A stretch of DNA of 48,632 nt. It comes from Catajapyx aquilonaris. Taxonomy: Eukaryota. This document shows, piece by piece, positions 10,901 through 22,169 of the stretch (its first letter is position 1; every line of letters starts with the position of its first letter). The position numbers and the translations under genes are program-made. The stretch lies in contig JYFJ02006024.1 of assembly GCA_000934665.2 (NCBI GenBank), positions 1-48,632 on the forward strand. Reading direction: 5' to 3'. Below the pieces are notes generated by a model. The model ran no database searches and was not told where the DNA came from. It saw only the letters and a program-made list of their open reading frames with translations.

Positions 10901-13211
10901 TCACGGTAACCCATCATACCAGCTACCCTATACATATACTCGCTGCTGAAGGTCCACTGTGAGGCCAAAGCTTATGCAAAAATATGTTCTTGTACATAAC
11001 ACTGAAATTGTCAGTGAGATGTAACACCTTTTAAAAAAAATGCACTTTACAAGGCTATGAGTGTAGCCGACAAAAATTCCCGGTAACTTCTACCACTGCT
11101 ATGTAGGGTTCAACGAAATAGGGACGTGATGGACCGAAAATGAGTGTAGTAACTTGCTGCGAAGAGGGCATTGGCTTATCGAGGCCAGGAAATGCCTTCC
11201 AATTCCTTTTGTTCTCCAAATGCCATTCCAGTTCCGAGTATTTAAAAATAATCCCTACACAGTATGTAAAAGGAATTTGATAACAATAGTGGAGATATCA
11301 GAATCACATGTTGCGTCATTAACTCTGCAGGTTCGAATATGTAACAGTGCATTCCTTCCAGACCAGAATCACAACATCCGGGCTGAGGAATGCCCTACTG
11401 GTGAACTGCAATGTCAGCCAGTAAATGGTACACGTAAAAGCAGAGTTAGAAGTTCCCTTGCTAATAAGTCAAGAATTGAATTGCTTGTTTTCTTTTCCTG
11501 CTGAGTCAATCATAGAATATGATTTCTCGGCCTAATCGAAGACCAAAGTATTCGGCATAATTTTGTAGATGGGAGCCGTCATTACCGAAGACGGCTGAAA
11601 TCAAGTTATTGGGGGGGGGGGGGGGTGTCGTGTATATATTATGTCATCCGTAAAGAAATTGGGTGGGGAGGTTTCTCGTCTGATGACCCAAGATGACGAG
11701 TGGGAGGTCAGGTGACTAAGTTATGGACTTTTTCATTCCAGAAACCAGTTAAAATAAAAGAAACCATTACGACTAGTGAAGGTGACCCTGATTGTTGCTC
11801 CCAACGAGTTTGCTTCCCTTTAAACTGGTTGGTGGAGTAAACAATCCATAAATACTTGGAACCCTGCCCACCTGTTGAACGGGGAACTTGTGCAGTGCAC
11901 CACCCAGTTAACTTTTAAAAACACAACTCTCGTGTATCCAAGTGGGATTTTCAAAACGTTTTTTCTCATATTCTCGTCACAATCGAATTTCAAAGTAGGC
12001 CTATATCTCTAAGAAAACAATAGTAAATCATATCAAATACAGGTAGAATGCCCACTCAGGCGTGGATGAATAGTGCTGAGGGGGGTTATGACGTATATAA
12101 GAAGCGGGGGAGGGGGGAGGTTTAAAAAAGTTACCATCAAATGACGTAATATATAGACGATGCTTTGATTACAGAATCATGTGAACGTATAAGAGAACAA
12201 AACAGCGTGGACTAAAAAGCAGGACATGTCATATCATTCACACGCTCAGATTACTAAAGCTGAATGCCCCGTGTGACGCATTATGGTCTCAGAATATAGC
12301 TCTAGAAATAGTCCTGTCTTACTATTGTGCCAAGTCACTGCCCATCTTGGTCTAATAAATCCATGCACTGTTTTCTGTCGCATCTTTTTATTGTACAGAA
12401 CAGATTGAGAGATTCACACAAAATCTATATCTCCTTGGCATTAAGTTACAATTTCATAGAGTCGACAGTATCTCTGCCTGGCTGGTTACAAGCACATACC
12501 AAAGACCCGACTTGCAACGCGACAACCTGCAAGGATAAACTATAGTACACAGCAACCCGCAAGGATCCCTCGCGCTTTCCTACCCGCGGACAAAAGCTCG
12601 CCAGCCCATGGACCCATTTAGTGATCGCTCAAAGTGATGTGTGAGTCGCTCCGTATAACCAGCCGAGTTGGCTTCCTCTGGAAAAAGAGAAACTACCCCC
12701 GAAGCTATACAGACTTAGTCAAGCTCCTATTGACCGGCGGGCTTCGCAACTCGACTGAAAGCAATTGAGTCCGATGATCGAAAGAGGGGAATTGAGCCGG
12801 CCATTTGGATGGAAACGGGGACTTGGAAACACGGCCATGTCGGGGAGGGCACAGAGAAGAAACCCAGACCAAACCCACACATTACATGGGACTTCCAACA
12901 CATCCAACGAACCTGCCTGCACTTTTGTCCAAGAAGAATCCTTGCCAAGTTGGCAGCGCCAAGGTGCCCCCACCCTCACTTGGCCACCGGCCCGTTATTT
13001 ATAAATTGGTTTAAGGTTGTAGTTTGCAAGGAAGGATTTCATGACGACGGCAAGGGGGTTGTGGCCTCCTTTTCAAAATCACATTTACGCCGTCTGGGAC
13101 ACTGCTCCACTAGGAACGAAGCTGTGAATCCCTGTAGCCAAGTTCCGAAATGACGTCATCACTACTTCCTCCAAGTTTCATTCAAACCTTGGACTTGATT
13201 CCTTACCTCTA

Positions 13212-13372
13212 CTGTGATGGATTTTGATCGTGGGAGAAAACAAGCGAACCCCCAGAAAACCTACGCAAACATTGAGAGAGCCCATCCAAATGACCTGCCT
13301 GATCCGGGGATCGAACGTGGGGCAACAGGGGTGAAAGGCTGTGGCAATAACAACTACACCACTCAGCTGGCC
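13212..13372 (-). mobile_element. V-domain SINE copy (tRNA head + V core, 3' part missing)
   Basis: On the minus strand: degenerate A-box TGGTGTAGTTG, B-box CGTTCGATCCC, then TTTGCGTAGGTTTTCTGGGGGTTCGCTTGTTTTCTCCCACGATCAAAATC, which matches the copy at 1439-1494. Confidence 0.75.
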
Positions 13373-13860
13373 AATATAGTCGGGATATAGGCTAAACTCT
13401 ATATTCACAGTACGGTACCGAGTACTACTTCCGCGGGCAAGCGTGCACATTTTGCTCTTGATTTTTATTGATCGGTTTCATTTGGAAAAGCAATTCGGGC
13501 GTGTCAGACGGTGCACTTTTCCCACAGTGAAGTTGAATCCGGGGAAGAGGAACCTTTTAAGCGGGAGCAGTTAGGACACATGGGAACCATTTGCAGACAC
13601 AAAATTCGGAGACTTCACGGAGATGACTGTCTGGAAAGTGAATTGTATTAACGTTAGTAGCCGACATCCAAGTAGGCTTAGAGTAGATACGTACAGTGAC
13701 TGATCTAAACGCAACTTCTCCATCACACAGTTTTGAAAATAGTCGCGAAAACTCTATTATTCTAAACTTTGAGAATTATGGAAGCAATATACTGGCAAGC
13801 AATAATTCCACATCTCATGATATGTCCAATGGCACATAATTGTTCATGTTCAAAAAATCA

Positions 13861-13916
13861 AGTCATCTGACCAGAAGGATAACCCCATAACGGGCTATCC
13901 TTCTGGTAAGATGACT
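13861..13916. repeat. Isolated ~25-bp stem hairpin
   Basis: AGTCATCTGACCAGAAGGATAACCC / GGGCTATCCTTCTGGTAAGATGACT, with two mismatches and a short loop. Confidence 0.8.
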
Positions 13917-15231
13917 GGTACAACTCAATGGTTACCCCTCTTATTCACATGGGACTGAATCAAAATTGCAGCCGCAAGTCGTAATGCGTCAGTCAAAAAT
14001 GCTTTGCAGCAGGGAGTTCTCGGCACAAAACAATTACTTTCTTTTGAGAAGGTACCAGTTTAATAGTGTATAGGCCCGAAAAATTATAAGATGTCACAAA
14101 CGGATATGTCAAACTCAAACATCACTGTTCTCTCAAACAGAGGTTCGCTGACCACTTGTGGACTTCAAGGATTCATCCAGTGGAAAACTACACACATGTG
14201 AATATTCAGAATACATCTCTATAACATATTTACATTTAGTTTTGCCCAGATTGCAACCTATACCCGCAAGGACCTGGCAGCTATAAGTGTTTACTAATGA
14301 ATAAGAAACGTTATAGGAAAATCCGATGAGCCTCTTGGCTCACCTTATATGAGCCTTTTAGCCTCTATGTGGCTCGAGCTCTTCAAATATCCCTAAATTA
14401 ATCGTATACCGATTGTATAAGGGTTGTACTCGAATAGGTTTTAACGACCAGCGCCAGCTGGAAGGGTCTGAAATACCGAATGTACTGTACACGCTATCTC
14501 GAATATCTGGAGAGGATAAATATCTGGAATGGCATAAAATGCAGTAATTCCCAGCACGCTTCAATACTGATTTGCTGATGTCAAATGCAATTACCAGAAA
14601 ATTATATATTTCAAGGTAAGTACCTCTATGTAGTACGCCTATACACGAGTCATTCAATTAATTATTCGACCGACAGCTTAATCATAGGCGGAATGCATGG
14701 AACTGCAGCCAAATATGCCTGTTATGTACGTAATAACAAAGCCGAATATTAATTCAACGTGCTCTGTTTACTGTCAGCCACCGTCTGAAAATAATTATTT
14801 TTGAGGCTGTGGACCTTACGCTGTCTTATATTTACCGACTTGTTTTTCCATGCGTGGCGGCATCCAATGCCAGTGTTCTTCCGTACATTTGGCATTCTGG
14901 CATGAGTCCGTTTATGACGTGAACGTCGAATTTGTACGTGCCAGACCAAAGTCACATGCCATTTTACCTACTCACCCATGTTACTTTGCTTCCCACTCCC
15001 TCAGACAGTGGGTGTTTCATGGTATCCCGCTTTCGAAGCCAGAATTTCTGACTGACACAGAAGACACCCAGGCGCACGAAGCGCAGGTCCAATAACTTTC
15101 AAAATTCTATTGAACTATGGTCCAATAAAGAAAGGGCCAAACTCCACTGTGTTTCACACCGGAGTTTGGCTCTTGCTCTAGAAACCTATTGAGTAAGTGT
15201 AAAAATACAGGAAAGAAATATATCGTATGTA

Positions 15232-15384
15232 CAGGGTGTCTAAACTTTTTTGTCCGAACAGTTATCGGAAAAGCCTATGTATCTTCTAGCTATGTAGCCA
15301 GAATATGCCCCAACATTCCTGGCTCATCCCTCAAACATAGGCTTTTTCCGATAACTGTTCGGACAAAAAAGTTGAGACACCCTG
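15232..15384. mobile_element. Tc1/mariner-type MITE (153 bp)
   Basis: TA|CAGGGTGTCTAAACTTTTTTGTCCGAACAGTTATCGGAAAAGCCTATGT ... ACATAGGCTTTTTCCGATAACTGTTCGGACAAAAAAGTTGAGACACCCTG|TA. Confidence 0.92.
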
Positions 15385-15650
15385 TATATATAAAAAGTGC
15401 TGGTTATTATACAGCACTATTTATGATCCTTCCAGGTAAATACTGAGAGTACAATGAACGCTGTGAAAATTGGGAGCTCAAAATCGACGAAACTTTTCAA
15501 GAGTAATCAACATATGCTAAATCAGTCGCATTATACAGCGCCGATAATAATCGAGGCGTCCTTCTTAAATTGACTGCTAATATTGTTGTTGTTGTTGAAC
15601 CTCATCCTCACACCTGGGACAAAAAGTGACACCGCGTCACTCAAGTTCTA

Positions 15651-17389
15651 TAGGGTGGTTCCATTTCAGACCAGGCAGGGAGTGTCATAAGGTGTCAAGT
15701 AATTAGTCATCGATTTTTTTGAAAAAAAAAAATGTGAAACCCTCATCCAATTGAACTTTTACAGAGCAACCAGTTTTACGAGATTAAATTTAGTTATCGA
15801 GATATTAATATTTCTTTTAAGGGGTACAAAATAACATTCCCGGGAAGATGCACTTTTTCCATTGCTTTCAATGAGTATATTTCCGGAACCATTCTGAAAA
15901 CCAATATGGAATTTTAAACTCATGCTTTTGGAATAATGGACATATATACTTCTCCTGACAAGAGAAAGTAACTGCTACTTAAATACTGTCAAGTTCCCTA
16001 CTACAATAAAATTCACAACTAAAGTTAGACTATGTAAGTTCACGCATATTAATATGCGAACAACTGTAATCAAGTCTATGATATAGCATACACGTAGTGT
16101 TGCAACTGAAGAAATTCACATAAATTTCACTACACCGTTACAGTTCATTATGAGTTTAGGAGTAACTGCAAGGATGTTGAAAGACACTAAATGAAAGCAA
16201 AAAATAAAACTTTTCATAAATTTGTATCTAATTAATCAAGAATCTATACCAGATTTTGATATTATTTTATCACAGAACCGGTATTTCCTTCTTATGAAAT
16301 ATAAAAATATTTTGTGTATTAAAAATGAGGTTTTCGAGATATGAATTTTTGAAATGTGCATGTTGCTGCATAAAAACAAAAATCACCGCTCTGAAATAAA
16401 TTCGTATCTCACTGAATACAAATATAATATAGCCTACCGAATTTTGATATAATTTTATTGTACAACTCATGCTACTTTGTTATAAAAAAAATTACGATTA
16501 AATATTTAAAATAGCTTCTTCGAGAAAATATTTATTTGAAATGTGCATATTGTAGCACAATTACGAAAGTTGTCACCAGACAAAAATATATTTGTATCTC
16601 ACTTATAAAATATATATATCGGGTTTTGACACTACATCATTTTATAAGCTGTCTGTCTTTGTAAAATAAAATTAAAATTAAAAATGGCGTTCTTGAGAAA
16701 ATAATTTTTGAAATATGCATGTTTTCGCTTGCTGCTATATATTTTCACCTCGCATATATCTCAACTACATATGGAGCTAACAAAGGTTTTATTTAATAAC
16801 CTTTAGGGGGTCACCGAGTATATCACAAAATATAATCAGTACAATCGTCACGGTTACCATAACGGTGTATATTGCGAAATATGCTCATTTTGACCAAAAT
16901 ATGCAAGATTGTAGATTTTTTAAAAGGTGACTGTACCATAAATAATGCATTAGCCTACATTACAGTGCAATATTCCAAAAGCATGATTTTAAAATTCCAT
17001 ACTGGTTTTCAGAAGGGTTCCGTTAATATACTCATTGAAAGCAATGGAAAAAGTGTATTTTCCCCTGAATGTTATTTTGGTACCCCTTAAAAGAAATATT
17101 AATATCTGGATAACCTATACGTTGCGAAACTCAGCCGCTGCCGCAGAGTAACAATAAAATAACAATAAGTATTAAGTAAGCACTACTCTTTTGTTTCACT
17201 GCGGCATCTCAGTTTAGCAACGTATACGTTACGAGATATTAATATTTCTTAATCTCGTAAAACTGATTGCTCCACAAAAGTTCAATTGGATGTGAGTTTC
17301 ACATGTATTTTGTTTCAAAAAAAAATAGATGACTATGACTTGACACCTTTTGACACACTCACTGCCTGATCTGAAATGGAACCACCCTA
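15651..17389. mobile_element. Non-autonomous long-TIR (foldback-like) DNA transposon, ~1.74 kb
   Basis: TA|TAGGGTGGTTCCATTTCAGA ... TCTGAAATGGAACCACCCTA|TA. Inverted homology runs over about 15651-15935 versus 16970-17389. The AT-rich interior has no transposase ORF. Confidence 0.88.
16310..16725. repeat. Diverged ~170-190-bp tandem repeat (2-3 units) inside the long-TIR element
   Basis: The motif TT(C)GAGA...TTTGAAAT(G/A)TGCAT recurs near 16333, 16519 and 16693. GTATCTCACT recurs near 16404 and 16594. Confidence 0.7.
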
Positions 17390-18778
17390 TAGTGTCTTGG
17401 TGCTCATGTTCAAATACTGCGTATTAGTTTTCAAAATGTCCACAGTGAATGCTTTACACAGAAATACATGTAGGGAGCGTGAGAAGTTCATGTGGGAAAG
17501 GGGAGGCTTGTCTTTTACTAAACGTGACGTCAAACCAGCACACTTTTTTTTTTTTTGTAAGAATTAATCCTGACAAGGTTGCCTAGGAAACTGCATAATA
17601 TTAAAAGCATTACAGTACAGCCTCTGGCGAATTTTATAAAGAGCTCTCTGTCAAACAGTAAACGCCATTATGAGGCATTGTTTTCCTCACTGCGCACTAC
17701 TGACCTCGGCATCAGTATTTTTGTCGTTCTACTGGGGCAGAGCTAATGGGCACAGTGTATTCGGGCGGGGAGTGTGAAGAGGACACCCTATTATCAGAAA
17801 CAATAGAGGGTCCCACGTTCGAAATAACCCAAACGTGCCTGTACCACCGACCCCGAAATGTCATTGTTCCTAAACAACCCTATGATCTTATAAGACCCAG
17901 CCTCATATTAAATAATCATCTCGCTTTAACCACCTACGCCGGCCTACGCGCATTATTTGCACTGTACATACGGCAAACACTAGCTTTTAATGGATACGCA
18001 AATATTCAATAATTCAAGTGCTCTTTTTTTTTGCCTTTGTGGTCCGCTCACCTGCTTTCACGATGCCGCACTTCTGGCTGGGCTCAGGTCCTAAATGATT
18101 TAAACCGGAGTAAAACTGCGCCCCCCCCCCCTCATTGTCCTGGTGTCATGGCTGAAGTAGAAGGAGGGTGAGAACAAGATGCGAGAATGAATGCCAGAGA
18201 GGCCTTAAATCTCCGCCGTAGAAAAGGAAACAAGGAAAAGAATAATCGAAATTATTTAAGCGGGAATAGAGTCTTGGCGGCATTAAAGGAGCTTTTGTTC
18301 GGGTCGCAAATTACAATCCAGAACAATATGAGCTTCCGGAGTAAAGGGGAACGAGGGGGGCCCATCATTTTCCATCTTCCTCCCTTCCCACCCCCCGCCA
18401 TCCCCACCTCCAAAAAGACTCCTGGCCGTCATTAAAAAGGCTGAGAGTAAGGGAATTGCATCTGGCTGCCGGTCCGCTATGGCCTGGTTTGTTGTTGTGT
18501 CCTTTTCATTTCGCAGACTCTGCTACTAAATGTCGGAAAAAGAAGGAAAGAAGAAAAAAATCTCGCTCGAATTATGTGCCTCAAAACTGCAGAGCTTTTG
18601 CTGGCCCGCTGACTTGAATGTACAGTAGTTACTTAAGACATGCAGCAGGCACAATAATTTATCTTATATGCTTGATTATAAACAAAGGGAATTATGTTAT
18701 CGAATAACATTGATTAGCTTCATCAGGGCACAGCATAACGTAGTACATAACACAAAGTCTCACTGTAAAACCGCTACA

Positions 18779-19180
18779 CAGGGATGTATTACCCAATATA
18801 GGCTGAGTAGGAACGTGCCTATAGGGCCGCGGCAAATTTTAGGGGGCGGCAAAATTTTCCGCCCTAGACTCAAAATAATTTTCTCCTCGGTAAAATTTTG
18901 ACGCGTGCGAAAATATGTACTTTATGGCGTCACCGTTCATGTGCCGCCCCAAGATGAATTGGCCGATGCCCGAGACCAGTAAGGGCGAAAGTCACGTGCA
19001 TCCTTCCCCTCTAGGACAGTGGGGATCTGTGCAGGATCTACAGGCGACTTTCGCCCTTACTTGTCTGGGCATCGGCCGATTCACCTAGCGGCATAAAAGT
19101 GTATAAACCCCAAGATGAAATTCACTGGATTTTGCTAAGTACTAGTAGGAGTGGGGCGGCAAAAACTAAATACGTCACTG
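18779..19180. mobile_element. hAT-like MITE with an internal palindrome
   Basis: Imperfect TIRs CAGGGATGTATT / AATACGTCACTG and subterminal GGGGCGGCAAAA motifs. The 8-bp repeat CCGCTACA occurs at 18771-18778 and 19184-19191, offset by 3 nt on the right. Confidence 0.55.
18955..19083. repeat. Inverted repeat (nested MITE-like hairpin)
   Basis: TGAATTGGCCGATGCCCGAGACCAGTAAGGGCGAAAGTC pairs with GACTTTCGCCCTTACTTGTCTGGGCATCGGCCGATTCA. Confidence 0.85.
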
Positions 19181-19211
19181 GCACCGCTACACAGTCAGCT
19201 CCTGACCAAGG

Positions 19212-19215
<4 letters not shown>

Positions 19216-19268
<53 letters not shown>
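19216..19268. repeat. (CT)n microsatellite
   Basis: Directly visible. Confidence 0.97.
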
Positions 19269-19272
<4 letters not shown>

Positions 19273-22129
19273 GTATACTGTACAAACTGCATAGTGGTGC
19301 AGGTTCCATGTCAAGATACGGTCTGCACATGACGCCGTAATACGCTACGTTCTGATAGGCAAACTAAAACTGCACACTATGGCGTTCACACATAATCAAG
19401 CCATCGCAAAAATTATTATTATCCTTATTCTATCCGGCCCCCCAGGGTTTGCTTATGAAATCCTCTGCATGCTGGCCCAGCGTGAGCCTGAAACATCTCG
19501 AAATTCTGCTGGTTGTCAACAGTTGCGTTATAAAATATCCTGAATATAACCCAATATTTGTCAGGTTTCCTACTTTTCCGCTGCTACATATTTAGCACGT
19601 TTCTAAAACTTGCCTCGTAATTCGCCAAAAGGATACTATCAAAACCTGTTTTTGAAGCCAGTGCAAGGTGGGGGCGTGGGTTGTAAATCATAGAACCGGT
19701 TCTGCAAGAACTGACGCTGACGTCAGCCTCCTCGTGGACTACCACCAGCGGACTGTGCCAAGACATGGAGAGAGGAATAGGCAGTCTACCAATAATAATG
19801 CTACGACTACGCCTGACCGTTTGGTTCAATTCGCAAAAACATTCGCAAACTGCAGCCAACTTCGCAACAACATAACACTCATTTCCTCCTCCCAGAATAA
19901 TCCTCAATTCGATTCTTTCGACTAACTAGCGGTCACTCTTGCATATGCTCATGATGTAAAATAGAACGCATCCTCCCCCTTTACTCCACCCTACCTCCCC
20001 CTAGGGGTGCCCATAAACTAAGTGCGGATCATGACAGGGGTTTGGCTCGCTCACAAATTAAGATTTAGGGGTGATAATCGCCGCTTTCCTGACGGGGGGG
20101 CTATATGACTTCTGAGCTGCTTATCGCACCCTACCAGTTATACTGACACTCTTTTTTTTTAAACCACTCGTTTCCGACCGAATACCAATTGTGACACTCA
20201 TTTCTCCTCTTCCGCATTATTCCAGGTAGCTCCCTTCATTTAATATGCGGTAAATATTCAGAAGGTATACTGGGCGTTAGGTATCCGCCAAGAGTTATGA
20301 AATAACGCCACATGGGAGTTCGTAAATAAAAATAATACCACTATTCAGATTGGCCGCTGAAGGCCGGTAATCTGCTTACATTCGTCCCTTGACGATCTAA
20401 TCTGGTGTAATGGGTTTATACCGTGTCGTTCTCAAAATAAGCGTCATTTACTACCGGACCAGAAGCCTACTTTATAACGCATAAAACTGCCCCCGTCTTA
20501 TGGAGCAAAACTTGCTCTGGCTCGCAAAATGCTAAGAATAACATGATATTAGGCATGTTTAGATTAGAGGGCCAATCATGCGAGCGCGTCTCGAGCGCGT
20601 CTGCGTATACGTACAGGCGAAACTCTTCTTTTTCCGGCTATAGATTCCGACTCGAACTTCAATAGCGTTACGTTTCAAAGACATACCGAATACCGATACC
20701 TGTAATTCACCCATTCCATATGGGCGCAATGGAAAAATGAGAATGCCGCCTAATAATAGACTTTGGTAGTGGAAGCCAAGCAAAGTCCGTCTAGACACGG
20801 ATACCGGTAAGTCCGGAAAACGTAGTAAGAAAGGAATGGCGGGCACGAAAAGTGCACACATGTTGCCAGACCGGCACTCAGGCGCGGCAACGTCGCAAAC
20901 AACCTTGACAAAGGACAACATGTAATTACTATGATGTTTGGGACATTAATAAACGTCCGAGTGCAACAAGGGCCCGGAAAACGACGGGAAGGTTTGGTGA
21001 TGGCGGTAGGGGGTGGGTGGGAGGAGGGTAGTGGATTCTGGCTCCACCTCTCTTCTGCCTAAACAGCTGATCAATAAATTCCTACATTTTATTCACTCTG
21101 CGCCCTTCTACTTACTTAGCCCCCCCCCCTCTCTCCCCCCACTTAGAAGCCTTCCTCCTTCCATTAACAGCACCTGGATTGTAAATTATTAGACGCTTAA
21201 TCGGGATGAATTAATCAGGGTTTTGGCCAACGCCGAGATTACAACTGGGGGTATCGAGAGAGACAGATGACCTTCCCAGAACCCAGCACACCACGACTTT
21301 GACGATGCCTCTGAACTAATCAATGCTCATAAACGTACGTCAATTATTAAACCACTCAAGTAGCAATAACGCCCCGTTAAGCTCAAAACAAGAAAAAGAG
21401 TCGGACTTGCTTTGCAGTTTATTAATTCCTCCTTTCCTATGCATTGGCCAAAGCCGGCCATTGCGACCTCCCTTCATCCCTCCCTGCATGTAATTAATGC
21501 TGTGAATAACTCGCTCCTTCCTGAGTGAATTTTAATCCCCGCAATATCTCCACGGTTACGTGTTGTTGTGGTTACCAATTCAGAAGCTGGGGCTTTTGCA
21601 AAGCTGCGGTCAGTGTTGTGCTACACTCCCGCTTCCCAAGAATTACCCCGCCTTCCGTGGCCCCAATCCAGGAAAGCGCCATTATGTATATGTACAGGGG
21701 GGGAACTGACAAAAAGGTCTGCCTACACACGTGCGGACCAATCGGCAATCATGTATAACGCAGTCAGCCAGGTTGAAATCTATGATGCTTTCAATCTGAC
21801 ATCATTCCCGGTTAAACCTTGGCCTCCACAATCTTCTTCATCTGCTGACTCCCCTTCTTTTTATCCCTTGTTTATATGGCAGAATGCCACAAATGGACAG
21901 GTTTTCGCTTGATTTAAACACTCGCAATGCTGTGGAGATTACGAGCACACAGCCCCGGATACACGTTCGTAATTCATTACAGTATTGTGGCTGGCACAGG
22001 GATATTAGTCCTGTGCCGGGAGAGATATGCCCCATGCGAAACCTATAAGCTGATATTTTTTTGGCCACTTCCCCTGTTGCATTTGCACAAGATGTCCACT
22101 TCCAATCAAATTTGCACACTCCTAATCTA

Positions 22130-22169
22130 CAGGGTGTCCAAAATTCGCACCGTATTTTGGGACACCCTG
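22130..22169. mobile_element. 40-bp minimal Tc1-type MITE remnant
   Basis: TA|CAGGGTGTCCAAAAT-9 nt-ATTTTGGGACACCCTG, with the same CAGGGTG termini as the 3684 and 15232 elements. The right flank is TT rather than TA. Confidence 0.65.

Noticed and set aside
19135..19151. CTAAGTACTAGT resembling the 5' end of miR-252
   Set aside because: Only 12 nt match, it lies inside a MITE, and there is no hairpin.
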